From Myxococcales bacterium (GTDB lineage Bacteria > Myxococcota_A > UBA9160 > SMWR01): a DNA stretch of 64,000 nucleotides. The number at the start of each line of letters is the position of its first letter. Position 1 is the stretch's first letter. Under the pieces are notes generated by a model. The model ran no database searches and was not told the DNA's origin. It saw nothing but the letters and a program-made list of their open reading frames with translations. This document shows positions 36,444-45,248 of the stretch, in pieces. The stretch lies in contig JABSQW010000025.1 of the NCBI GenBank assembly GCA_013215605.1, positions 3,978 through 67,977 of the forward strand, in the 5' to 3' direction. Made by a program: the position numbers and the translations under genes.

Positions 36444-37160
36444 TCAGCTCTCCAGCACCTTCTGGATCCAGCCGTCCACGCCGTTGACCACCTCGCCGTG
36501 GACCTCGTCGAGGGTCCGCTCGGACTTTTTCAGGATCTTGAACTGGTGATCGGCCTGTTGCGACGCAATCAGGGTGGTGGGTGCGCCGACCCGGGCGAGC
36601 GTGCGCCGCAACACGTCGAGGTTGCAGTTCTTGTCGCGGGTGCCTTGAACGAACAATATGGGGGCCACGACCCGGTAGAGGAGCTCGGCCTGGACCTCCT
36701 CGGGCTTGTTCTGGTGGTGGAGGGGAAAGCCCAGCAGGAACAGCCCATCCACCCGGACGCGACTGCCGGCGAGCACGGCCGCCACCTGGGCACCGAGCCC
36801 GAGGCCCCCGAGGAACAGATGAGCGGGGGCCGCCGTGGGATCGGCCGCGAGGGTGCCGATGGCGGCACGCAGGGTGCGCCGGAGGACCGGCTGCGCGTCG
36901 GGACGCTTCTTCTTTGCTTCGGCGAACGGAAAGTTGAAGCGCAGCGTCAGGTTGCGTCGCTCCGTGAGCTCGCGCTGGAGGAACTCGATCAGCGGGTTGT
37001 CCATGTTGGAATTGGACCCGTGGGCGAGTACGACACTCACGCGGGCCCCGGTGGGCCACCAGCGCGGGACGCCCAATACCCCCGACACGTGATCGAGCCC
37101 GTGAACGGTCTCGACCAGGGGGATCTTGATTTCGGTGAATCGGGAGGAAGGTTCGACCAC
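36444..37160 (-). CDS. Alpha/beta-hydrolase-fold protein (COG3571/KANL3-like) with Gly at the nucleophile position
   Basis: VVLAHGSNSNMDNP.., nucleophile-elbow region LGGLGLGAQ, and later GTRD and ADHQF. The start is GTG. Confidence 0.65.
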   Translation of the reverse strand: MVEPSSRFTEIKIPLVETVHGLDHVSGVLGVPRWWPTGARVSVVLAHGSNSNMDNPLIEFLQRELTERRNLTLRFNFPFAEAKKKRPDAQPVLRRTLRAAIGTLAADPTAAPAHLFLGGLGLGAQVAAVLAGSRVRVDGLFLLGFPLHHQNKPEEVQAELLYRVVAPILFVQGTRDKNCNLDVLRRTLARVGAPTTLIASQQADHQFKILKKSERTLDEVHGEVVNGVDGWIQKVLES

Positions 37161-37232
37161 GAATTCCCTCTGGGGAAGCTAACGTTATATCACAGGGGCC
37201 CGGAATCGACTCTGTAAAGTATTGATAACTCA

Positions 37233-38150
37233 ATGGAAAAAGTTCTCATCACCGGAATCGCCGGCGGCCAGGGGCGCCTGTTGGCACGCAGACTGCGGGG
37301 AATCTACGAGGTCTGCGGCGTCGATCGCGTTCCCTGGGAGAGCCATCCACGGGAGGTGGCCGTCCACGTGCTCGACGTCCGGAAGAAGAAGTTCGAGGAC
37401 GTCATCCGCGAGGAACTCCCCAACGTCGTCGTCCACATGGGGTTCATCCGTCACTTCAGAGGCAAGGATCGCGAACGCCACGACGTCAACGTGCGCGGCA
37501 CGAAGCTCCTGCTCGACCACTGCGTCAACCACGGGGTGCAGTCGCTGATCGTGGTTTCGAGCAGCTATGTCTACGGGGCGTTTCCCGAGAATCCCTTCGG
37601 GTTGGACGAGGACTCGCCGCTATCGGCCAGCCGCTCCTATCCCGAGATCCGCGACCTCGTCGAGGTCGACACACTCGCGTCGGCGTTCCTGTGGCGGTAT
37701 CCGCTCATCCGCACCTGTGTGCTGCGTCCCGTGAACGTGCTCGGCACGAACGTCCACTCGATGATCGGTCAGTACCTGCGCGAGCCCCGGGTGCCGACGC
37801 TGATGGGCTACGACCCGATGCTCCAGTTCATCCACGAGGAGGACCTCAGCGAGGCGATCGCCCTGGCCCTCGACCGCGGGCTCCAGGGCGTGTTCAACGT
37901 GGCGGGACCCGGTGAGGTGCCACTCCACACGGCCATCCGCGAGACCGGCGGGACGGCGCTGCCCCTGCCGGCGCCGCTGGCCCGCCTGGCATTCGAGCGG
38001 CTCTTCAAGTGGCGCATGATCCCGTATCCGGCGGGTGCCCTCGATTATCTCCGCTACCCGGTCACGGTGTCGGGAGATCGCTTCGCCGAGGCTACGGGCT
38101 TCCGTCCGTTGTTCGGTCTCGGTGAGATCTTCGACAGCGTGCGGGGTTGA
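37233..38150 (+). CDS. NAD-dependent epimerase/dehydratase family protein
   Basis: KVLITGIAGGQGRLLARRL Rossmann motif. 305 aa. Distant paralogue of 30219-31229. Confidence 0.8.
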   Translation: MEKVLITGIAGGQGRLLARRLRGIYEVCGVDRVPWESHPREVAVHVLDVRKKKFEDVIREELPNVVVHMGFIRHFRGKDRERHDVNVRGTKLLLDHCVNHGVQSLIVVSSSYVYGAFPENPFGLDEDSPLSASRSYPEIRDLVEVDTLASAFLWRYPLIRTCVLRPVNVLGTNVHSMIGQYLREPRVPTLMGYDPMLQFIHEEDLSEAIALALDRGLQGVFNVAGPGEVPLHTAIRETGGTALPLPAPLARLAFERLFKWRMIPYPAGALDYLRYPVTVSGDRFAEATGFRPLFGLGEIFDSVRG

Positions 38151-38169
38151 GGTTACGGGGGACCGAACG

Positions 38170-39606
38170 ATGAAGTTCTGCAGGCAGCGGTTCTTGTGGT
38201 CGGCGCTGGTGGGTCTTGGCTGCGCGGCGGCGCCGGGTCCGAGACCGACTCTCGATCTGCCGCTGCAGTCCGAAGCGTCCAGCGTGCCCGATCGCGTGCT
38301 CGTGATCTCCATCGCCCGGCTCACCCCCGATCGCTACGCGCCCACGCCGGGGATTCCGGTCGCCATGCCCACGTTGCGCGCCATGGCGCAGCAGGGGGTC
38401 GCCGCCGATGCCGTCACGTCGGTGTCGCCGGCCGCCTCCTACCCCGCCCATGCCACCGTGGTGACGGGGCAGCTACCGGCCACCCACCATATTCCGGCCG
38501 ACCTCCGGCTCGGCAAGCGCGGCACGCGCAGCGCGCGCTACTGGCACGCCTCGCACCTCGAATCGACGTCCCTGTGGGAAGTCGCCGCCCGTTCGGGGCT
38601 CTCCGTCGCGGCCCTCGCCTGGCCCACCACGGTGGGCGCGCCGATTCCCTGGCTGGTGTCGGACATCGTGCCCACCCGCTCCGGAGAGACCTGGATGGAT
38701 GTCCTGTTCGACGCGGCAACGCCGGACCTGCTCGCCGTGCTCCGCAGCCACGGCGCGGATCGCGTGGGGGCGGATGTCGAGGGGGAGGCCCGCGATGCCG
38801 CCCTCGTGAGCACGGCCTGTGCCCTGCTCGCGTCGTCGGCGCCACCGTCGCTCACGTTGATCCGGCTCTCGCAGACCGTCTCTCCCGTCGCCTTCGAGGG
38901 CGCGGAATCGCAGCCCGCTCGCGCCGCCTTCGCCAGGGCCGACGCCGAAGTCGGCCGGCTGCTCGCCTGCCTTGGCGAGGCCGGGCGGCTCGCGGGGACC
39001 GCCGTGATCGCCCTCGGAGATCACGGGACGCTCCCGGTCCATACCATGGTGTCCCCCAACGTCATGCTGGCAGCGGAGGGACTGCTGACCGTCGACGACG
39101 AAACCGGCGCCATCGCCGAGTGGGCCGCCATTGCGCGGTCGAACGGCGGCAGCGCGTTCGTCTACTCCGAGGCCGATCGCGACGCCGTGCACGCGCGCAA
39201 ACTCCTCGAAGAGCAGGCGCGATTCACCCGCGCGTTTCGCGTCGTCTCCGCGAAGGAGATGCTCGCGCACGGGGCCGATCGCGAGGCGTGGTTTGGCCTG
39301 GAAGCAGAGCCGGGTTTTTTCTTCGGTGACGTTGCCACGGGGCCCCTCTTGCAGCCTGGAGCGCTGCGTGCCGTCGGGGGGTACTTTTCCGAGAGGCCCG
39401 CGATGGACGCGGGATTCGTGGCGTGGGGCCGCGGGCTGCGCTCTGGCGTGAGGGTGCCTCGGATGGAGTTGGCGGACATTGGCCCGACAGTGGCGGCACT
39501 CCTCGGTGTCGAACTCACCCCGGAGCTCGAATCCAGCAGCGATGCGGCGAACGAGCTGCGCGGGCGCACCCTCGTCGGGATCCTGAGCCTGCCACGGAGT
39601 CGTTGA
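38170..39606 (+). CDS. Alkaline-phosphatase-superfamily lipoprotein (nucleotide pyrophosphatase/phosphodiesterase-like)
   Basis: ATG 38170, lipobox LVGLGC, PAASYPAHATVVTGQLPATHHI (NPP-type nucleophile region) and IALGDHG. Confidence 0.7.
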   Translation: MKFCRQRFLWSALVGLGCAAAPGPRPTLDLPLQSEASSVPDRVLVISIARLTPDRYAPTPGIPVAMPTLRAMAQQGVAADAVTSVSPAASYPAHATVVTGQLPATHHIPADLRLGKRGTRSARYWHASHLESTSLWEVAARSGLSVAALAWPTTVGAPIPWLVSDIVPTRSGETWMDVLFDAATPDLLAVLRSHGADRVGADVEGEARDAALVSTACALLASSAPPSLTLIRLSQTVSPVAFEGAESQPARAAFARADAEVGRLLACLGEAGRLAGTAVIALGDHGTLPVHTMVSPNVMLAAEGLLTVDDETGAIAEWAAIARSNGGSAFVYSEADRDAVHARKLLEEQARFTRAFRVVSAKEMLAHGADREAWFGLEAEPGFFFGDVATGPLLQPGALRAVGGYFSERPAMDAGFVAWGRGLRSGVRVPRMELADIGPTVAALLGVELTPELESSSDAANELRGRTLVGILSLPRSR

Positions 39607-39610
39607 CGTC

Positions 39611-40084
39611 TTGACCGACGAAGCTGCTGTCACGATCGACCTGAATCCGCGCGAGCAGCGGTTCTACGATCGTATCCGCACGAGGGTGGCGGCGCCGAAT
39701 CCAGGGACGCGCTCGGGTATGCGCGACGTGCTGCTGATGCTCCCGGATCTGACCGTCCTGCTGATGCGCCTCGTCGGCGATCGGCGGGTACCGCTGTCGT
39801 CGAAGGTCATCGCGATCGCCGGCGTCGGCTACGCGCTCTCCCCGATCGACCTCGTGCCCACACTGATCTTCGGCCCGTTGGGGCTCGTCGATGATCTGCT
39901 CGTGGTGACAGCGGCGCTCTCGCGTTTGCTCAATCACGTGCACCCCGACGTGGTGCGCTCCCACTGGTCGGGAAAGGGTGATGCCCTCGACTCGATCCAG
40001 CGCGCGACTTCGTGGAGCGAGACCTTCCTCACGCAGCGCATCGGTGGGACGCTGCGCGGCTGGGTACGATCCGCGGGGCGCTGA
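39611..40084 (+). CDS. DUF1232/YkvA-family membrane protein
   Basis: LSPIDLVPTLIFGPLGLVDDLLVV core motif. The start is TTG, 4 nt after the upstream stop. Confidence 0.7.
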   Translation: MTDEAAVTIDLNPREQRFYDRIRTRVAAPNPGTRSGMRDVLLMLPDLTVLLMRLVGDRRVPLSSKVIAIAGVGYALSPIDLVPTLIFGPLGLVDDLLVVTAALSRLLNHVHPDVVRSHWSGKGDALDSIQRATSWSETFLTQRIGGTLRGWVRSAGR

Positions 40085-40217
40085 CCCTGCGCCGAATCCG
40101 CGCGATCTCCACGCCGACCCCCAGGTTCCCTCGAACGCAGGCGCGAAGCGCGCGCAGCGAGCCGTCAGGCCAGCGAAGCCGGGTCGGTCCGGGTTTCGCC
40201 CGGATCGGGTCCCGCGA

Positions 40218-40976
40218 CTAGAAGTTGTCTTTCATCCCGCGCACCCGCCCGAGTTCCTCTGCGTTCGTCGCGCGCAGGAACGGATTCGTCGCGCGTTCGT
40301 CGGCGAGCGTCGACGGCACCGTCATCTCCTCGGGCGTGGCGTCGTGCCAGTCGGCTGCCTTGTTCGCCCGAATCGTCGCCACGCGCGCCTGCATTTCTGC
40401 GATCGCGGCGTTGTCGGGCTCGACGTGGGCCGCGAAGACGAGGTTCGACTCGGTGTACTCGTGTCCGCAGAAGATTCGCATCGTGTCGGGCAGCGGGCCG
40501 AGCTTCTCGTGGAGCGCCGTGAACATCATCTCGGGTGTGCCTTCGAAGAGGCGCCCGCAGCCGGCGGCGAACATCGTGTCTCCGCAGAAGACGGCCTGAG
40601 CGTCGTCGAACACGTAGGCGATGTGCGCGCGGGTGTGAGCGGGGATGAACAGGATGCGCGACGTCTGCTTTCCGACGGTGAGGGTGTCGCCCTCCTCGAG
40701 TGCGTCGGTGAAACCGGGAATGCGGTCGGCGTCCGACACGTGGCCGTAGACGCGCGCGCCAAAGTGCGCGGCCAGCTCGGGGTTCGCAGCGGAGTGGTCC
40801 CAGTGGTGGTGGGTCGACAGGATCTTGCTGACGTTGACGCCCATACCGGCGACTCGCTTCACGACGGGCTCGAACTCCGGGGCATCGATGACGGCGGCGT
40901 CGTTCGTCTCGTCGCAGGCGATGACGTAGGTGTAGTTGTCCTGGAGGGTCGGTACGCGTTCGATTCGGAGTCCCAT
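40218..40976 (-). CDS. gloB: Hydroxyacylglutathione hydrolase (glyoxalase II)
   Basis: LQDNYTYVI, STHHHWDHSAAN, FCGDTMFAAGCGRLFEGT and CGHEYT. Start at ATG 40976. Confidence 0.85.
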   Translation of the reverse strand: MGLRIERVPTLQDNYTYVIACDETNDAAVIDAPEFEPVVKRVAGMGVNVSKILSTHHHWDHSAANPELAAHFGARVYGHVSDADRIPGFTDALEEGDTLTVGKQTSRILFIPAHTRAHIAYVFDDAQAVFCGDTMFAAGCGRLFEGTPEMMFTALHEKLGPLPDTMRIFCGHEYTESNLVFAAHVEPDNAAIAEMQARVATIRANKAADWHDATPEEMTVPSTLADERATNPFLRATNAEELGRVRGMKDNF

Positions 40977-41042
40977 GACGTCGAGGCTACGCGTCCACGC
41001 CGCCAAAGGCCAGACCACCACGTCACCCGATTCGACGCGCCC

Positions 41043-41936
41043 TCAAAGGAATGAGAGCTGGCCCGTCGGAGGCTTGGCCGCTGACCGAGGGGACTCCGCC
41101 GGCGGGGTCGGTTCGCTCGGCGCGGCGGCGATCTCGAGGCTGTCCGTGCCTCCCTTCGCGGGGCAGCGGTCCTGATACTCGCACCAGCCGCAAAGCGGCC
41201 CCGTCTTTGGCTCCCACGCTTCCTCGGCGTGGATCCGATCGATGAGTTCGATCGTCTTGCCACGGAGGTCTACGAGCTGATCGCTGGTTCGCGTCGACAC
41301 CCGCGTCTGGTCGCGCTGCAGGTAGTGCCAGATGAGGCGAATGGGGCCGGTCACGTTCATCTCCCGCCGGACTCCGATCTCGTACAGCGCCAGCTGACGG
41401 TCGCTGTCGAGGGATTTCTGGGACGGGACCCGCGCGCCGGTCTTGTAGTCGTGGATCTCGAGGACGCTGTCGCTCGCGCGCACGATCCGGTCGATGAAGC
41501 CCTGGATGCGGTAGTCGTTCGAATCGTCGAGGGGGAACGCAACGCGGTGTTCGATGCCGACGGTCTCGTCGCCGTCGAAGGGGTAGTGGTTGCGGTAATA
41601 GTTCGTGAGGCACCGCTCGCCGAGCTCGCGATAGAACTCCGGCGGATTCTCCACGCGCACGATTCGCACGCGCTCGGCGTCGTAGCTCTCGTCCCAGAGC
41701 GTTCGATAGCGGTGGATCAGCTGCGCGTGCGACGGCACGTGGCCGCGTCCCACGGCGCCGTAGAGCCGCTCGAGTACCTCGTGGACCCGCTTGCCCACGA
41801 AGCCCTCGATCCCGTCGGTGTCGCTGGGGATCTTGAGCACGTACCGGTAGTGGAACTTCTTGGGACAGTCCTCGAACGAGGACAGTCTCGAGTGGCTGTA
41901 GATCGGGCGCTTTCGGCGCGGCTTCGTGGGGCTCAC
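41043..41936 (-). CDS. PD-(D/E)XK nuclease, Cas4/AddB-like with a four-Cys cluster
   Basis: YSHSRLSSFEDCPKKF, GFIDRI....LEIHDYKTG and a C-terminal CGWCEYQDRCP. GTG 41936 is preceded by GGAGA (start uncertain; the ORF is open to 42101). Confidence 0.7.
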   Translation of the reverse strand: MSPTKPRRKRPIYSHSRLSSFEDCPKKFHYRYVLKIPSDTDGIEGFVGKRVHEVLERLYGAVGRGHVPSHAQLIHRYRTLWDESYDAERVRIVRVENPPEFYRELGERCLTNYYRNHYPFDGDETVGIEHRVAFPLDDSNDYRIQGFIDRIVRASDSVLEIHDYKTGARVPSQKSLDSDRQLALYEIGVRREMNVTGPIRLIWHYLQRDQTRVSTRTSDQLVDLRGKTIELIDRIHAEEAWEPKTGPLCGWCEYQDRCPAKGGTDSLEIAAAPSEPTPPAESPRSAAKPPTGQLSFL

Positions 41937-42217
41937 GAGTGTCTCCAGGGCCGGCGTGGCGAGAGTCTCGCGGGCCGGCGGCATGCATCGACCGGAACCT
42001 GGAGGAAGCATCCGCCGGAGCCGCTCTGCAACCACCGTCGGAACCGCGTCGGAACCGGTTGGGGAGACCGGCATCGAACGAGATGGTTTCCACCGTACCA
42101 CCCGGGTCCGCCGGGAGCCATCGCCGCGAGCGCTCGTGCCACCAAACGCCCCGTGGGGCGACTAGGGGGGACCGCGCTACACTCGCCTCCGCGCCCACCC
42201 GAGGAATCCTCCACTCC

Positions 42218-43123
42218 ATGACGTCCGAGAATCCCGACGATCGGTGGCCGACCCGCCGCACCGACGACGTTTTGAGCGAAACGATCGATGCGCTCTCGGC
42301 GAGCGCGGACGACGCCCTCACCAAGGCCGCTGGCGAGGGGCTCCCCGACCCCGCCGCCGCCATCGCCTGGGTCGAGCGCGCCCGCCGGCTCGTCCTCATG
42401 CAGCGCGACATCTCGGCGCTGCGCTCCGAGATCCCCGCGCTGGCCCAGCGTCTCCACGAGATCCTGGGCACCCTGACGCTGCCCGACGGGATCCGCGCGG
42501 ACGGCGTCGTCGACGCCTTCCTGCCGCGGCTGCCCGCGATCCGATCGATGCTCGCCGGGGACACCGAGGCGGCCTTCGAAGGCGACCCGGCCTCCCGGAG
42601 CTTCGGGGAGATCGTGGTCTCCTACCCGTCGCTCAAGGCGCTGTCCACCTACCGGATCGCCCACGAACTCACGGGCCTCGGAGTCCCGATCCTGCCGCGC
42701 ATGATGTCCGAGCATGCCCACAGTGGAACGGGCATCGACATCCACCCCGGCGCTCGCATCGGCCACCGTCTCTTCATCGACCACGGAACCGGCATCGTGA
42801 TCGGCGAGACCTGTGAGATCGGCGACAACGTGCGCATCTACCAGGGCGTGACGCTCGGCGCGACCTCGCCGCGCCGTGGTCAGTCCCTGCGCGGTGTGAA
42901 GCGCCACCCGACCATCGGGGACGACGTCACGATCTACGCCAACGTGACGGTCCTCGGCGGTGACACGGTCATTGGCCGCGGCAGCGTGATCGGCGGCAAC
43001 GTGTGGCTCACCGAGTCCGTTCCGCCCGAGTCTGTCGTGATCGCCGATCCGCTGAAGCAACTCGTGCGCCAGCGCAAGGGATCGGCGGACTCGGACCCAC
43101 TCCAGCTCAAATGGGACATCTGA
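42218..43123 (+). CDS. cysE: Serine O-acetyltransferase
   Basis: Left-handed beta-helix hexapeptide repeats GIDIHPGARIGHRLFIDHGTGIVIGETCEIGDNVRIYQGVTLG, preceded by the SAT N-terminal helical domain. Start at ATG 42218. Confidence 0.85.
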   Translation: MTSENPDDRWPTRRTDDVLSETIDALSASADDALTKAAGEGLPDPAAAIAWVERARRLVLMQRDISALRSEIPALAQRLHEILGTLTLPDGIRADGVVDAFLPRLPAIRSMLAGDTEAAFEGDPASRSFGEIVVSYPSLKALSTYRIAHELTGLGVPILPRMMSEHAHSGTGIDIHPGARIGHRLFIDHGTGIVIGETCEIGDNVRIYQGVTLGATSPRRGQSLRGVKRHPTIGDDVTIYANVTVLGGDTVIGRGSVIGGNVWLTESVPPESVVIADPLKQLVRQRKGSADSDPLQLKWDI

Positions 43124-43127
43124 GCGG

Positions 43128-44021
43128 ATGAGCATCGGGGTCCTCGACCGGCTCGAGGACGTCGAAGACGTCCGGAAGCGGGTCGCCGACGGCCTCACGG
43201 GTGTGTCCCGCGTCGTCGTCGTCATGAGTGGCAAGGGTGGCGTGGGCAAGAGCGCCGTCTCCGTGAATCTCGCAGAGGCGATGGCGATGCAGGGCCTGAG
43301 CGTCGGAATCCTCGACGCTGATCTCCAGGGTCCCACGGTCGCGAAGATGCTCGGTCTGCGCGGGCGGCCCGTGCGCGTCGCCGGCGATCTTGGGCTCGAG
43401 CCCGCAGCGTGTCCGTCGGGCGTCGTGGTGCAGAGCATGGACTTCTTCCTGCAGGGCGCACAGGCGCTCGACTGGGACGGTCGCGACGGTGCCGGCGCGA
43501 CGCTGCGCAGCGCCTTCGAGCACGCCGCGCTCGCGGATCTCCTGGGGCAGACCCACTGGGGCGAGCTCGACCTTCTCGTCGTCGACCTGCCGCCGGGCGC
43601 CGACCGTCTGCCGGCCTTTGCCCAGTGGCTGCCCGGCCACCTCGGCGAGGGCCTCGCCGTGACGATCCCCACGGAGGTCGCGCTGCTGGCAGTCGAGCGC
43701 TCGCTGCGCCGCGCGCTCGACCTCCGGTTTCCGATGATCGGCCTCGTCGAGAACCTCGGCACCAGCGTCTGCCGTGAGTGCGGAGTCGAGGGGCCGCTAT
43801 TCCACGAGGCGTCGTCCGAGCCGCTCGCACATCGCACCGGTCTCGAGGTGATCGCTCGTATCCCCTTCGACCCGGCGCTCAGCGCCGCGGCCGACGCCGG
43901 TGAGTCGTTCCTGCAGACGGCGCAGGGCGCCGCCAGCGGAGCGACGGGGCGCGCCTTCTTCGAGCTCGCAGGGAAGGTCGCGGCGTACGATCGGCCCGGT
44001 CCGGAGGGAGAATCCTGGTGA
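43128..44021 (+). CDS. Mrp/NBP35/ApbC-family Fe-S cluster carrier ATPase
   Basis: VVVMSGKGGVGKS deviant Walker A. A CxxC (CRECG) lies near the C-terminal third. Confidence 0.8.
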   Translation: MSIGVLDRLEDVEDVRKRVADGLTGVSRVVVVMSGKGGVGKSAVSVNLAEAMAMQGLSVGILDADLQGPTVAKMLGLRGRPVRVAGDLGLEPAACPSGVVVQSMDFFLQGAQALDWDGRDGAGATLRSAFEHAALADLLGQTHWGELDLLVVDLPPGADRLPAFAQWLPGHLGEGLAVTIPTEVALLAVERSLRRALDLRFPMIGLVENLGTSVCRECGVEGPLFHEASSEPLAHRTGLEVIARIPFDPALSAAADAGESFLQTAQGAASGATGRAFFELAGKVAAYDRPGPEGESW

Positions 44022-44515
44022 ACCGGAGCTTCATGGGATGGGTCGCGACGGCGATCGCCTGCGCGCTGTGGTCGCCCGGCGCCCTCGCGCAGCAGCCCGA
44101 GAGCTGGGCGTACCAGATGACGAACGAGCTGATGAGCCCGTTCTGCCCGGGGCGCACACTCGCAGACTGCCCGAGTCCGGAGGCCGAAACCCTGCGCGTG
44201 TGGATCGGCATTCAGGCGGCGGCCGGCCGCACCTGGGAGGACGTCGAGTCCGAACTCCTCGAGCGCTACGGCAACGGGGTCCTCGCTGCGCCGAAAGCGG
44301 AGGGCTTCGGGCTCGCGGCGTACGTGATTCCGATCGGGCTCTTCCTCACGGGCGGGGGTCTCGTGGTCTTCGTGCTGCGCCGCTTCACCAGCGACCCGCC
44401 CGCCGACCAGGTGCCCGTCGCTGCGGCGGCGGCCGAGAGGCTGTCGGACGCGGAGCTCGAGCGTATCGTCGACGACGAGCTGGCCTCGGGCGGCTCGGGG
44501 TCGGAGCGCGCGTGA
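44018..44515 (+). CDS. CcmH/NrfF-like periplasmic thiol protein, non-canonical motif
   Basis: GTG overlaps the mrp stop (GTGA). Signal peptide. ELMSPFCPGRTLADCPSPEA...LERYG then one TM helix, which is CcmH architecture, but the LRCxxC motif is replaced by SPFC...ADC. Confidence 0.5.
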   Translation: MNRSFMGWVATAIACALWSPGALAQQPESWAYQMTNELMSPFCPGRTLADCPSPEAETLRVWIGIQAAAGRTWEDVESELLERYGNGVLAAPKAEGFGLAAYVIPIGLFLTGGGLVVFVLRRFTSDPPADQVPVAAAAAERLSDAELERIVDDELASGGSGSERA

Positions 44516-45069
44516 AGATCTACACCCGACGGGGCGACGGCGGGGAGACGGACCTCTTCGGCGGATCTCGCGTCGGCAAGGAGCACGTTCGCGTCGAGGC
44601 CTACGGCGCCGCCGACGAGCTCAACTCCTTCGTGGGAGTCTGCGCCGCCGCGACGTCGCACGATGATCTCCGCGCCATCTGCGTGAAGGTGCAGCGGCTG
44701 CTGTTCGATCTCGGAGGCTACCTCGCGACACCGGATGCAAGGCGGCGGGAGAAGGGCAAGCTGCCCGAGCCCGAGGCCGAGGGCGTAGAGGCCCTCGAGC
44801 GGCACATCGACGCGCTCGAGACGGAGCTCGAGCCGCTGCAGCGCTTCATCCTGCCGGGCGGTACCCAGGCCGCCGCCGCCTTCCACACCGCGCGCAGCGT
44901 CTGCCGTCGCGCAGAACGCCGCGCCGTCGAACTCCACCGCAGCGATCCGCTCAGCGAGGCGTCACTCCGCTACCTGAACCGACTGTCGGATCTGCTGTTC
45001 GTGATGGCGCGCGTCGAGAACGAGCGCGCGGGCGTGGCCGACGTGGAGTGGCTCGGGCGCGAGCGCTAG
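44512..45069 (+). CDS. PduO-type ATP:cob(I)alamin adenosyltransferase
   Basis: GTG 44512 overlaps the upstream stop (GTGA). KIYTRRGDGGETDLFGG N-terminus and ..FILPGG..AA..H.AR.VCRRAER. Confidence 0.85.
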   Translation: MKIYTRRGDGGETDLFGGSRVGKEHVRVEAYGAADELNSFVGVCAAATSHDDLRAICVKVQRLLFDLGGYLATPDARRREKGKLPEPEAEGVEALERHIDALETELEPLQRFILPGGTQAAAAFHTARSVCRRAERRAVELHRSDPLSEASLRYLNRLSDLLFVMARVENERAGVADVEWLGRER

Positions 45070-45248
45070 GCCGAGACGCGAGCGCGAAATTGGCGTCTGG
45101 GCGCGACGCGGAAAGGGCCGAACCCGGCGTCCAACCGCGCCCAGAGCGGCAGCGGACGCTGAATCCGTCGGTTGGGGACGCGGGGCTTTCGCCGGGGGCT
45201 CCCTCGGATCGATCTCGGGAAAGCGCGAGGATCCAGCGAAGGCGACGC

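Noticed and set aside
37161-37232. AT-richer 72-bp divergent spacer that shares the 9-mer CCCGGAATC with the nrdJ leader (62409-62417).
   Set aside because: It is probably just a divergent promoter region. The 9-mer match is within chance expectation, and no clear -35/-10 pair could be assigned.
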